NCBI GenBank assembly: GCA_034530615.2
Contig: JAVRCV020000037.1
Span: 29,942 to 93,941 of the forward strand
Source of the DNA: Aulosira sp. ZfuVER01
GTDB taxonomy: Bacteria > Cyanobacteriota > Cyanobacteriia > Cyanobacteriales > Nostocaceae
DNA length: 64,000 nucleotides
Reading direction: 5' to 3'
Positions within the stretch are counted from its first letter, which is position 1; each line of letters starts with the position of its first letter. Positions 19,705 to 29,643 of the stretch are shown in pieces. The notes beneath the pieces were generated by a model that worked only from the letters and a program-made list of their open reading frames with translations, was not told the DNA's origin and did no database searches. Position numbers and translations under genes: made by a program.

Positions 19705-20490
19705 ATGCAAATCAAAAAATCGAACTTTTTACTCTGCCTCTCTGCCATAGTACTTGGCTGCTGTTTGACCTACAGAGTAAATTCCCAGAGTTCAAAACCA
19801 ATCAATTCAATTGCAACTATCATTTACGATATGCAACCACCCCACGAGGGGATGGCACATGGTGTTCCCAAGTCATACGATTGGGCAACTAAACCTCGTG
19901 TAGGAAGCAACAACCCGAAAAAATTCACAGCGATGATCGCCTGGGGGCAACTATATGAAGCAGCTCAAGGTAATCCTGCAACTAATACCCGCGTTCAGAT
20001 AAAAAATATCAAGGCTTACTACCTCAGTAAGTCGGATGGGAAATGGCATCTCCTCCAAAGTTCAACAAGAGTTGGAGGAGCTGCTTATAAAGAAGATTTT
20101 GTAGGCGATCTGAATAAGCCCGCAGATATTCGTTATGAATCAGATGGTAGTGTTTCAGTCAAAGCTGGTAATGGCTATAACTTCCATTTTTGGCCGGCTA
20201 CTGGTAAAACTACAATTAATCCCCATGATGTGCGTGGTATGTTTACCACAGTTCAAGCTAGGCTTGTAGTTGACAATCCTCGAAAACGTGAGGATCGCTC
20301 TCAGGCTCGCTACTTACTTAATGTGGGTGGCGATTACTGGTTAAACTTAACTGCGAAGTGGAACAACTTGACTACAAACGAAGATTTCGGCATGGGTAAA
20401 TTTAAGTACGTTACAACCAAATGGCAAGCTTTCAATATGATTACTCTGCCACCAGATCAAGTTCTTCGTAACCCCCCACCAATTGAGTAA
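19705..20490 (+). CDS. Hypothetical exported protein
   Basis: Basic then hydrophobic N-terminus (signal peptide-like); aromatic- and Gly-rich mature part; no family recognised. Confidence 0.7.
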   Translation: MQIKKSNFLLCLSAIVLGCCLTYRVNSQSSKPINSIATIIYDMQPPHEGMAHGVPKSYDWATKPRVGSNNPKKFTAMIAWGQLYEAAQGNPATNTRVQIKNIKAYYLSKSDGKWHLLQSSTRVGGAAYKEDFVGDLNKPADIRYESDGSVSVKAGNGYNFHFWPATGKTTINPHDVRGMFTTVQARLVVDNPRKREDRSQARYLLNVGGDYWLNLTAKWNNLTTNEDFGMGKFKYVTTKWQAFNMITLPPDQVLRNPPPIE

Positions 20491-20515
20491 AAGCAAGTGA
20501 GGAACTAGAGATAGC

Positions 20516-21484
20516 TCAAGTTTGTATGTTGCATTGTTGATACAGAGATAACAAGGTGCACTCCCAAACAAGACGGGGTTGGGCGTAACAAAGTAGAGAT
20601 TTACGAGCTTGTTCTAGCTGTTTGATGATGCCTGCTCGATACAACTGTTGCCAGTAAGACTGCTGGAGATAATCAACTAACCATAGTTGTGCTTCTGTAT
20701 CTAAATCTTTATCAATCTTCTTAGCTAATTCTAAAGCGTGGCGATAGGATGAAGGCGCTTTAGTCAAATCTTGGAGTAAGTCGGAAGGGATAGCCTGTAG
20801 TTGCTGGTAAGATGCGATCGCACTCCCTGGACTACCAGCTGCTATGTTCAACAATGGCTGATTTTGTAAAATTTCCTGATGTCCGGTTTGAGTTAATACC
20901 TGAGCTAAAGATGCTGCATCTAAGCGATAAAAAGGAATGCGTTGACAACGTGATACTAAAGTTGGCAACACCGAATCTGGAGAGGGTGCAATTAAAATCA
21001 ATGTCGCTTGTCCAGGTTCTTCCAAAGTCTTCAGCAAAGCATTGGCTGCTGCTTCTGCCATTGTTTCCGCTTGTTCCAGTACTACTACATTTCTCTGTGC
21101 TTCCAAAGGCGGTCGCCCAAGAAATTCCGTAATTTGCCGAATTTGTTCTAGTCTAATGACTGGGGGTGCTTTGCGCTTCACTCCTTTCTCGGCGGCTTCT
21201 GCTGCTGTTAGTAGGTTTCCTTGGTATTGGTAAGTCGGCTCTAGCCACAATACATCTGGATGGTTGCCTTGAAGCAAGCGATTTTTTAAAGATGCGATTA
21301 ATCTGATCTCGACACTACTAGAAAATAGCAACTCTACAAAACACCGTGCGGCTAAACTCCTTCCCACACCATCCGGCCCCACAAATAAATAGGCTGGTGC
21401 AACTCGCTTTTGCTTGACAGCTTGAGAAAGTAATTCTATGGCTTGCTGTTGTCCTACAAGTGGTGCAAATGGGTCATTAGTCAT
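20516..21484 (-). CDS. holB: DNA polymerase III subunit delta'
   Basis: AYLFVGPDGVGR, GNHPD, AANALLKTLEEP, TLVSRCQ; downstream of tmk. Confidence 0.93.
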   Translation of the reverse strand: MTNDPFAPLVGQQQAIELLSQAVKQKRVAPAYLFVGPDGVGRSLAARCFVELLFSSSVEIRLIASLKNRLLQGNHPDVLWLEPTYQYQGNLLTAAEAAEKGVKRKAPPVIRLEQIRQITEFLGRPPLEAQRNVVVLEQAETMAEAAANALLKTLEEPGQATLILIAPSPDSVLPTLVSRCQRIPFYRLDAASLAQVLTQTGHQEILQNQPLLNIAAGSPGSAIASYQQLQAIPSDLLQDLTKAPSSYRHALELAKKIDKDLDTEAQLWLVDYLQQSYWQQLYRAGIIKQLEQARKSLLCYAQPRLVWECTLLSLYQQCNIQT

Positions 21485-21784
21485 TATTCAATTGTAGATT
21501 GAGTAACATAGTACCAACATAGAGAAAGCGCCCAGAACTTCATCTCAAGCGCTTTTACTAATTGAATATTGAAGCTAAATCATTTTTCTGGCAAGTGTGG
21601 AGTTTTTCAGTGGCAAGGACAACCTGTTGCCAGTTTATTCAAAAATTCCCCGAAATCTTGTTTAGCTCAGAGCTAGGCAAATTGCGATCGCATAACTTGC
21701 GATAAATGCGAAAAATATGGCTATTTAGTTACCAGAATATGCTTTCATGTAGAGTTAAAACCTATTGACTTACCAGGAGTTGAT

Positions 21785-22426
21785 TTAATAAGCAAACCAA
21801 GATTGGAGGCGATCGCGCAAATTTGCCTGAATGATCTGGTGTACAGATTCCCTGCTCAAATTCCCATCTATCCGGATAATGCGTTGAGGATATAATGCAG
21901 CTAACTCTACATATCCTTGCTGTACGCGGTGATGAAAGGCGATTGTCTCTTGTTCAATGCGGTCAAATACTTGTTCATCTCCCCGTTTTCGGGCTAGTCC
22001 CACTTCGGCATCAACATCTAGCCAGAGAGTTAGGTCACTTTCTAAACCACCAGTGGCAATATAATTTAGCTGCTTAATTAAACTCATGTTTAAACCGCGA
22101 CCATAACCTTGGTAGGCAATAGTAGATTCAGTGTAGCGATCGCATAAAATATATTTCCCTTTTGCTAAATTTGGCTTGAGTTCTTGTTCTACGTGTTGTG
22201 AACGGTCAGCAGCATACAACAATAATTCTGTCAACTCGGCAATTGGTTTGTTATCCGTTTTTTCCAGCAATAAGCGACGAATATCCAAGCCTAACTCCGT
22301 TCCTCCCGGTTCACGAGTTATTACTACAGATATACCCAAGCTTTCCAACCACCGAGAACAAAGCTGCATTTGGCTAGTTTTGCCGCAGCCTTCCACTCCT
22401 TCAAACACTATTAATTTACCATCCAT
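21785..22426 (-). CDS. tmk: Thymidylate kinase
   Basis: FEGVEGCGKTSQ, TREPGGT, CDRY, AYQGYGRG. Confidence 0.96.
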   Translation of the reverse strand: MDGKLIVFEGVEGCGKTSQMQLCSRWLESLGISVVITREPGGTELGLDIRRLLLEKTDNKPIAELTELLLYAADRSQHVEQELKPNLAKGKYILCDRYTESTIAYQGYGRGLNMSLIKQLNYIATGGLESDLTLWLDVDAEVGLARKRGDEQVFDRIEQETIAFHHRVQQGYVELAALYPQRIIRIDGNLSRESVHQIIQANLRDRLQSWFAY

Positions 22427-22555
22427 GCGTTGTTAATTTTGCTACTACTGACTTTTGAGATTACGTTTTATTAGGCTACCAGGTATGTTGATCGATCCTA
22501 AAGAGTGGGAACTCTAATTATTAAGGTTGACAGAAGTTTCTTCAAACCGCTACTT

Positions 22556-25324
22556 ATGCCCCATTTTGATAGTGCAACTTTGCATCAATTGCCATTCCGT
22601 GGTTTGCCACGCAGCTTGAGTTCTTGGGAAACTTGGGCTTTTGGATTGACATCGCATCTGGCTTGGACATCTGTGGTACCGGCTGTTCATGCTGCTTTAG
22701 GAACGCAAGCGGTTTTTGTTTGGGTTCCCGCGGTGATGGTTGGGATGCTGCTGAATTATCAGATGAAGCATTTAGGTAGAAATTTAGTTGATGTAGCTGG
22801 CGGAACTCCTAACTATACTACTCAGCTTTGGCAAAGGTATCCATTTATTGCCCGCTATGCAGCAATTGGGTATCTCCTGGGTTGGCTTTCCTTCCTTTCT
22901 GTCAATGCTGTTGTGCTTACAGATATCATCAAAGTGAATCTTGAAGCATTAAGTATTAACTGTCCAGAGGCAATTCTCAAAATTAGCTTTATATTACTGC
23001 CTTTTGTTGTTGCTTTCAGTGGTACACGGGCTTTAAGTATTCTGCATCTATTTTTTGCTATTCCCGCCTTCATTTTGCTATTTACTTTCTGTCTCCAAGG
23101 TTTAGGATTTTTAGCCTTTTCTAGCCATAGCCCTGGTTTTTTTCCTAGTCAATGGTCATCTTTTAGTTTTATTGACTGTGCAAAATGGTTCTATTTTGTG
23201 AGCTATACAACTTATAGTTGTGAAACTGCTACATCTTTTGTGGCGGATAGTCGCGATCCTCATAAAACTCTCAGTTTTTTAGACATAGCTGCTTGGTTAA
23301 TGCTACCTGTGTTTGTGGGAGGTTCTTGGGTGATTATGCGTTTAGCAACTTCCCCAGACCTGAGTGACAATGCTTTTTTGAATTTTGTTGCAGCTTCTAC
23401 ACCTTTTTGGGGAAATTTTGCCCCAGCGATCGCCACTTTTTTGCTAGCAGGTTCCTGTTTGTTGGGTTCAGCAACAACAGTTTCTAATGCCCCCCGCATC
23501 ATTTATCAGTTAGCTGTAGATAAACATCTAGCACCAGTATTTTCCGTAGTCTCACGTCGCGGAGTCTTTGGTTCATCTCTAACTCTCAGCCTGATTTTAG
23601 GCTTGATTTATTTTATTTGGGGAGATGTAGCGCACATCGTTGCAGCTGCAAATTCTGCTTGGTTTATCTCGTTTATGTTGCTACATTTAGGTTTATGGCG
23701 ACAACGAGCTAAATTTGATGTATTGCTTCCCCGCATGACTTTGGGTATCTTTTTGCTGGAGATAGTAATCTTAATAGTGGGAGGCTTTGCTTGGGGTTGG
23801 CAAGATTTTTTTATTGGATTATTTGCTCCCTTTGTTGTCTTAGCAATCGATGCCTTAGTACGCTACATTCCTATTGCGATTTTCCGTCCTAGTTGGTGGT
23901 TTAAGCTTTATCAATCACGGCGGTCAAATCAATTTCAAGATTCTGTGATGCTACAAGTGAGTATCCTGATTTTTCTTTTGTGCAGTGCTGTTTTAGTCGG
24001 TTGTTTATTCGGTTGGCAATTAAATAAAGTTGCTAGCAATAATTTTGGCAACTTGGTTGTAATTTTGCTGATGACAGTAGCATTTGTAGGAGTCGCGATC
24101 GCCTGCTGGACTAGTTTACCTCAGGTAGTAGCGATCGCAGAGGCACGAGAAGCAGCCGAACACTTATTTACTGTTGCTCAAGATGGCATTTTAGCAGTGA
24201 ACGATCGGGGTATTATCTTACAAGCAAACCCAGCGACTGAATCTTTTTTTAGTGTCAACCCCTTGGAGTTGCAAGGTAATCATCTTAATAATTGGTTCCC
24301 TGAATTAGCCTACTACCCAGACCAATGGACAATACGCAGCGAACAAACGCTGGTACAAAAAGGTAAAATCAGAACTCTAGAAGTTTCTATTTCAGACCGA
24401 CCCCATCAAGATTTTCGAGAATATGTTGTGATTCTCCACGACATTACTGAACGCAAACAAGCAGAGGAGATATTAAGGCACTCCGAAGCACAGTTGAAGG
24501 AAGAAGCAAAGCAGTTAGCATCTCAACTAGTACAAAGTGAAAAGATGTCTAGTTTGGGTCAGTTAGTAGCTGGTGTAGCACACGAAATTAATAACCCAGT
24601 TAGCTTTATTAATGGCAATCTTACTCCTGCCAATGAATATATTCAAGATTTACTGAGACTACTACAACTATATCAACAACACTATCCTCATCCAGTGCCA
24701 GAAATTCAAGATGAAGCAGAGGCAATTGATTTAAACTTTTTAATGACAGACTTGCCCAATTTATTAACTTCTATGAAAGTAGGAGCTAAAAGAATTACAG
24801 ACATTGTGCTGTCTCTGCGAAACTTTTCTCGCTTGGATGAGGCAGAAATGAAAGCAGTAAATATTCATGAAGGTATCGACAGTACTTTGATGATTCTGGA
24901 ACATCGCCTCAAGGCTACAACTAACCGTCCAGAAATTGCGGTTATCAAAAAATATGACAATCTGCCATTGATAGAGTGCTATCCTGGACAACTCAATCAA
25001 GTATTGATGAATATTCTAGCTAATGCCATTGATGCTTTAGAAGCAGGGAAAATAAATCATCCTCAAATTCGGATTGCAACTAAAGTTACAGAGAATAAAT
25101 ATCTATTTATTAACATTGCCGATAATGGGATTGGTATTCCAGAAAGTGTACAAAAGCGATTATTTGAACCATTTTTTACTACTAAACCAATTGGTAAGGG
25201 TACGGGTTTAGGTTTATCTATTAGTTATCAAATTATTACAGAAAAACATCGGGGAAAAATCCAATTTTTTTCTACTCCTGGTAATGGTACAGAATTTGTT
25301 ATTGAAATTCCATTGCATCAATGA
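22556..25324 (+). CDS. APC-family amino-acid permease fused to PAS and an NtrB-type histidine kinase
   Basis: About 530 aa multi-TM region, PAS (DGILAVNDRGIILQANPA...HDITERK), QSEKMSSLGQLVAGVAHEINNP, FFTTKPIGKGTGLGLS. ATG at 22556 (ORF track starts at 22505). Confidence 0.85.
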   Translation: MPHFDSATLHQLPFRGLPRSLSSWETWAFGLTSHLAWTSVVPAVHAALGTQAVFVWVPAVMVGMLLNYQMKHLGRNLVDVAGGTPNYTTQLWQRYPFIARYAAIGYLLGWLSFLSVNAVVLTDIIKVNLEALSINCPEAILKISFILLPFVVAFSGTRALSILHLFFAIPAFILLFTFCLQGLGFLAFSSHSPGFFPSQWSSFSFIDCAKWFYFVSYTTYSCETATSFVADSRDPHKTLSFLDIAAWLMLPVFVGGSWVIMRLATSPDLSDNAFLNFVAASTPFWGNFAPAIATFLLAGSCLLGSATTVSNAPRIIYQLAVDKHLAPVFSVVSRRGVFGSSLTLSLILGLIYFIWGDVAHIVAAANSAWFISFMLLHLGLWRQRAKFDVLLPRMTLGIFLLEIVILIVGGFAWGWQDFFIGLFAPFVVLAIDALVRYIPIAIFRPSWWFKLYQSRRSNQFQDSVMLQVSILIFLLCSAVLVGCLFGWQLNKVASNNFGNLVVILLMTVAFVGVAIACWTSLPQVVAIAEAREAAEHLFTVAQDGILAVNDRGIILQANPATESFFSVNPLELQGNHLNNWFPELAYYPDQWTIRSEQTLVQKGKIRTLEVSISDRPHQDFREYVVILHDITERKQAEEILRHSEAQLKEEAKQLASQLVQSEKMSSLGQLVAGVAHEINNPVSFINGNLTPANEYIQDLLRLLQLYQQHYPHPVPEIQDEAEAIDLNFLMTDLPNLLTSMKVGAKRITDIVLSLRNFSRLDEAEMKAVNIHEGIDSTLMILEHRLKATTNRPEIAVIKKYDNLPLIECYPGQLNQVLMNILANAIDALEAGKINHPQIRIATKVTENKYLFINIADNGIGIPESVQKRLFEPFFTTKPIGKGTGLGLSISYQIITEKHRGKIQFFSTPGNGTEFVIEIPLHQ

Positions 25325-25400
25325 AAAAATAAAAAGCGATCGCACTTTGAGTCTGCCGTTTTGTAGCATTTGCGATCGCCTTCTTAATAAATCCAAACTT

Positions 25401-27167
25401 CTACATTCTTTCTAGTACCTGAATTCCCAACAGAGATAAACCTAACTTGAGGGTTCTAGCAGTCAAATCACACAGAACTAGGCGAGATGTCCGCAGAGGT
25501 TCCTCCGCAGTTAGCACCGGAACACCGCGATCGCGATCGTAAAACTGATTAAACTTTTTACTAAGCTCGTATAAATACTCACATAAACGATTGGGCATTA
25601 AGTCTTGCTCTACAGTACTAATAACCTCATCGAGTTGCAGTAAATATTTTGCCAGTGCTAATTCTGTTTCATGTTGTAACAGGACTTTGACATTTTCTCC
25701 TAACTGTTCAAAGTTAATATCACCCTTGCGGCTAATTCCCTGAATCCGTGCATAAGCGTACAGCATATAAGGTGCCGTATTACCTTTAAGATCCAGCATT
25801 TTGTCATAGCTGAAAATGTAGTTACTGGTGCGGTTTTGGCTTAAGTCAGCATATTTAACTGCGCTGATACCAACTACCTCAGCAACATTGTTAATGAATT
25901 CTTCTGTTTCTTCGCGTTCTTCTTCTTTTAATCTAACTTCTAAGTCTGCACGACAACGAGAAATTGCTTCATCTAATAGATCCCGTAGCCTGACAGTATC
26001 TCCTGAACGTGTTTTAAATTTCTTTCCATCTTCCCCTAGCACCAACCCAAAAGGTACATGAACCAATTCCACATCATCGGGAATCCATCCGGCTTTACGT
26101 GCTACTTGAAAGAATTGGGCAAAGTGGTTTGATTGTCCAGCATCAGTTACATAAATTATCCGCTTTGCTTCATCTTGTTGAATCCGGTAGCGTAAGGCGG
26201 CTAAATCTGTTGTCGCGTAATTATAACCACCATCAGATTTTTGCACAATCAAAGGCAGAGGTTCACCTTCTCTATTGGTAAACCCTTCCAAGAATACACA
26301 CTGTGCTCCTTGATTTTCTACCAGTAATCCAGATTTTTCTAAATCTGCCACAATTCCTGGTAGTAAGGGGTTGTAGAAAGATTCACCACGTTCTGTTACC
26401 TTGACATTCAGCAAATCATAAATTATCTGAAACTCTTGTCTTGATTGTTCGCACAGTAATTTCCAAGCATGGATTGTATCTTCTGCACCTGCTTGTAGTC
26501 TGACAACTTCTTGTCTCGCTGTCTCTTGGAATGCTTCATCTGCATCAAATCGCTGTTTCGCTTGGCGGTAAAAACTAACTAAATCACCAATATCTAAAGC
26601 ATTAGCAGTAGTTAGGGCTTCTGGGTAAACTTCCCGTAGGTAAGCGATTAACATCCCAAATTGAGTACCCCAATCACCCACATGGTTTAACCGCAAAACA
26701 TCATGTCCGAGAAATTCCAAAATCCGGGCAATACTATCACCAATAATAGTTGAGCGCAGATGCCCAACGTGCATTTCCTTAGCAATATTGGGACTGGAAA
26801 AATCTACAATTTCTCGCTGTGGAGTTTTCGCTGTTGGTACACCTAATCTGGAATCTGCTTGAATAGCATTTAATTGTGCTTCCAAGTATGCAGTTTTCAG
26901 TTTCAGATTGATAAACCCAGGCCCAGCGATATCTGGCGGTTCACAGATTTCTGATACATCTAGTTTATCTGCGATCGCTACTGCAATTTGCCTTGGTTGC
27001 TTTCCTAACCTTTTACTCAGGGATAAAGCCACATTCGCCTGATAATCACCAAATTTAGGATTGCTAGCAGGAACCAAAATCGGATCTACTCCAGCATACT
27101 CAGCACCAAACGCAGCCACCAAGGCCTGTGCAAATTGATGTTTTAATTTTTCTTGTGTAGCGTTCAT
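25401..27167 (-). CDS. argS: Arginine--tRNA ligase
   Basis: [18 protein letters not shown] (HIGH motif), [16 protein letters not shown]-terminus. Confidence 0.97.
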   Translation of the reverse strand: MNATQEKLKHQFAQALVAAFGAEYAGVDPILVPASNPKFGDYQANVALSLSKRLGKQPRQIAVAIADKLDVSEICEPPDIAGPGFINLKLKTAYLEAQLNAIQADSRLGVPTAKTPQREIVDFSSPNIAKEMHVGHLRSTIIGDSIARILEFLGHDVLRLNHVGDWGTQFGMLIAYLREVYPEALTTANALDIGDLVSFYRQAKQRFDADEAFQETARQEVVRLQAGAEDTIHAWKLLCEQSRQEFQIIYDLLNVKVTERGESFYNPLLPGIVADLEKSGLLVENQGAQCVFLEGFTNREGEPLPLIVQKSDGGYNYATTDLAALRYRIQQDEAKRIIYVTDAGQSNHFAQFFQVARKAGWIPDDVELVHVPFGLVLGEDGKKFKTRSGDTVRLRDLLDEAISRCRADLEVRLKEEEREETEEFINNVAEVVGISAVKYADLSQNRTSNYIFSYDKMLDLKGNTAPYMLYAYARIQGISRKGDINFEQLGENVKVLLQHETELALAKYLLQLDEVISTVEQDLMPNRLCEYLYELSKKFNQFYDRDRGVPVLTAEEPLRTSRLVLCDLTARTLKLGLSLLGIQVLERM

Positions 27168-27279
27168 ATATAAATGTTATCTGTGGCAGGCGTAATGTGA
27201 CTGTTGAGAGGTGGATATTCTCAGGAGCTTGATTATTTTAACTCTAAAATAAAGTCACCATTACTAACTCAAGACTGTC

Positions 27280-27972
27280 ATGGTACAGTACAACCCCCTT
27301 GACTGTCTGCCATCTTCGGCAGAACTGCCCGACTCTGACGATACCCCTGTGGATAACGAACTGGAAAACCTCATCCCTAATTTATTAGAAGCGATTTTGG
27401 CTTTAGCATGGAATGACCGTACTGACTGGTTTTTCGGTGTGGATATGGGCATTTATTATGCACCATTACAACCGCCATTAGTCCCAGATGGATTTCTTAG
27501 CTTAGGAGTGGAACGATTTGTAGAAGAAGAGGGACGCTTAAGTTATGTACTTTGGGAAGAGGAGGGCACTGTTCCTATCTTAGCCCTAGAAGTCGTCTCG
27601 AAAACCTATAGTGGCGAGTACGAACAGAAAAAAATTGATTACGCTCAACTAGGAATTTTGTATTATGCAATTTATGTACCTAGTCGCAAATATCGGCGCA
27701 AACGAGAACCTCTAGAAGTTTATCGCTTAGTTAAGGGCCACTATATTTTACAACCAGGCTCACGGGTATGGATGCCAGAGATTGGTTTAGCAATTGGTCG
27801 AGAACGCGGTACTTACCTGGGACGGACAAGAGAGTGGTTATATTGGTACGATCAGGAGGGACTGAAATTACTTACACCAGAGGAATTACTGCAACAAGCA
27901 AGAGAACGCGCTGATAGACTGGCGCAAAAACTACGAAATTTAGGAATTAATCCAGAGGAAGAGGATATTTAG
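27280..27972 (+). CDS. Uma2 family (DUF820) PD-(D/E)XK endonuclease-like protein
   Basis: LPDSDDTPVDNE, VPDGFL, LEVVS and YAQLGILYY, typical of the cyanobacterial expansion. Confidence 0.88.
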   Translation: MVQYNPLDCLPSSAELPDSDDTPVDNELENLIPNLLEAILALAWNDRTDWFFGVDMGIYYAPLQPPLVPDGFLSLGVERFVEEEGRLSYVLWEEEGTVPILALEVVSKTYSGEYEQKKIDYAQLGILYYAIYVPSRKYRRKREPLEVYRLVKGHYILQPGSRVWMPEIGLAIGRERGTYLGRTREWLYWYDQEGLKLLTPEELLQQARERADRLAQKLRNLGINPEEEDI

Positions 27973-27983
27973 GGAATTGGGGG

Positions 27984-28100
27984 GTGCGTAGACGCAAAGC
28001 GGGGAGTCCATTACTGTGGGAGGTTTTCCTTCCGCAGGCGAGTAGTGTTCTCCAAAGGAGTTCTCGAAGAGTACCCAAAGGGCTTGTCATAGACATCGCA
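27984..28100 (-). mobile_element. Composite/nested small dispersed repeat (SDR-like) splitting a HIP1 site
   Basis: Minus strand reads TGCGAT-GTCTATGACAAG...CTA-CGCAC, with the same termini as 51896-51933; the interior holds stacked mini-hairpins. Confidence 0.6.
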
Positions 28101-28204
28101 ATTCTTATTCTTATACTTCCAAGATACCAGCCAAAATTATTGTGGCTGTAGTTGTTTCTACGGTATCAATAGATTATAAACATACCGTCAGCAGAATTTA
28201 AATT

Positions 28205-28654
28205 GTGCCTGCCAGAGATGCTTTTCATGAAGTTGTTAAAACTGCTCTCCAGAAGGATAGCTGGTTAATTACTCACGATCCTTACCCACTACAAGCTGGT
28301 ATATTTGACCTTGCGATTGACCTCGGTGCAGAAAAAGTGATTGCAGCCCAAAGGGAAGGATGTAAAATTGCCGTAGAAATCAAAAGTTTTCTTGGTGCAT
28401 CAAAAATTTCAGAATTTTACGGGGCTTTGGGACAGTTCGTAGCATATAGAGCAGCCTTACGCACCCAAGATCCACAACGAGTTTTGTATCTAGCAGTCTC
28501 CAGTGATATTTACGATCGCTTTTTTGTCACCCCATTTATTCAGGGACTCGTTGAGCAAAACCATCTTCTTCTGTTGATTTACGATATTGATGGGGAGGTG
28601 ATTGAACAATGGCTACCATTGATGAATACCGACAACATATCCAAAACCTGCTAA
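28205..28654 (+). CDS. xisH: XisH family protein
   Basis: MPARDAFHEVVKTALQKD, DLGAEKVIAA, IAVEIKSF, ALGQF. Confidence 0.92.
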   Translation: MPARDAFHEVVKTALQKDSWLITHDPYPLQAGIFDLAIDLGAEKVIAAQREGCKIAVEIKSFLGASKISEFYGALGQFVAYRAALRTQDPQRVLYLAVSSDIYDRFFVTPFIQGLVEQNHLLLLIYDIDGEVIEQWLPLMNTDNISKTC

Positions 28655-28941
28655 CTGAACACTCCAAAATGGTTTGGGATGAACGTATTCAAGCCCAAAC
28701 TATTTTCGATACTGAACACGACCACTATCAACTAGTGTACGTTGGTTGGCGCGGTTCAAAGCGAATGTATGGTACTGTCCTTCACCTTGATATTATCAAT
28801 GGCAAAATTTGGGTTCAACAGGATGGAACAGAGGTTGGTATTGCCAATAAATTAGTTGAACTGGGTGTACCCAAACAGGACATTGTTTTGGGCTTTGACC
28901 CTCCAAAGATGAGGCATTACACTGACTTTGCAGTAGGCTGA
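28609..28941 (+). CDS. xisI: XisI family protein
   Basis: DHYQLVYVGW, HLDIINGKIWVQQDGTE, GVPKQDIVLGF. Confidence 0.92.
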   Translation: MATIDEYRQHIQNLLTEHSKMVWDERIQAQTIFDTEHDHYQLVYVGWRGSKRMYGTVLHLDIINGKIWVQQDGTEVGIANKLVELGVPKQDIVLGFDPPKMRHYTDFAVG

Positions 28942-28955
28942 TAGCAGTTAAACTT

Positions 28956-28995
28956 AAAAACAAAATTCCACCTTCATATCAAATTATCAGGTGGA
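28956..28995 (-). terminator. Putative terminator downstream of tmRNA
   Basis: TCCACCT...AGGTGGA stem followed by a T-rich tract on the minus strand. Confidence 0.45.
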
Positions 28996-29013
28996 CTTGT
29001 GAGATATTTTTAG

Positions 29014-29399
29014 TGGATCCGAGCAGAGTCGAACTGCTGTCCAAATTGGGTATTGACCCTCCGCTCATTCACAGGTTTAGCCTATCTTACCCTCAAGGCG
29101 GGAATCGTTCATTATCCCGAACGTAGGATGCTCTGATTAAGTCTTAGCCAGCAAGCCAACCAGAGAACACTTGCTAGAGCATCCGTTGGGGTTGGTCTCT
29201 AGCCCTTAACGGAGTCAGGCTAAAGACGCTCGAACCAATTAGAGGTTTTTAGGCAACTGCTAGAGCAGGCTTACGAGCAAAGCTAACGATGTTATTCGCA
29301 TTTACTTTTGTTTTGAGCCTTTGATTTCCGAGAGGAGACTCACTCTCGACCTGAATCACAGAGCAGCGTTCGCCAACCTGTCGAAACCGTGACGGACCC
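29014..29399 (-). ncRNA. ssrA: tmRNA (transfer-messenger RNA)
   Basis: Minus strand starts GGGTCCGTCACGGTTTCGACAGG and ends with T-arm CAGCAGTTCGACTCTGCT plus acceptor CGGATCCA (G3:U pair). The internal tag reads ANNIVSFARKPALAVA-stop. CCA is not encoded. Confidence 0.96.
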
Positions 29400-29416
29400 A
29401 TGTACTCTATACTTCA

Positions 29417-29422
29417 ATTATA
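29417..29422 (-). promoter_or_regulatory. Putative -10 box (TATAAT) of ssrA
   Basis: Perfect TATAAT about 18 nt upstream of the mature 5' end. Confidence 0.55.
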
Positions 29423-29571
29423 ATACACCATTTTTATATTGTGTGTTGAGACAAAAAATTTTGCGCTGCTGGATCGTGGTTGCTTAGGCTTGTCAATAAT
29501 CTAGAGTAATTCAGCTTGATCAATGACAGCCTCCACTAGAAAGGCTATGACACCCAGCTTTCATCCTAACT

Positions 29572-29617
29572 AAAAATAGCCAATTGCTAATCTAAAACAA
29601 CTAGCAGTTGGCTATTT
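29572..29617 (-). terminator. Rho-independent terminator of the atp operon
   Basis: AAATAGCCAATTGCTA / TAGCAGTTGGCTATTT stem with a T-run on the minus strand, just after the gamma-subunit stop. Confidence 0.7.
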
Positions 29618-29643
29618 ATTACACAGTAACAATTGACAATTCC

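Noticed and set aside
21485..21784. Small gene or sRNA in the tmk-holB gap
   Set aside because: Only a weak AAAGCG...CGCTTT hairpin and a HIP1 site; no supportable ORF or RNA family.
28205..28941. fdxN excision element
   Set aside because: No xisF recombinase and no interrupted nif/fdxN gene in the window.
29011..29045. Stand-alone tRNA gene
   Set aside because: The T-arm and acceptor stem belong to the tmRNA 3' end.
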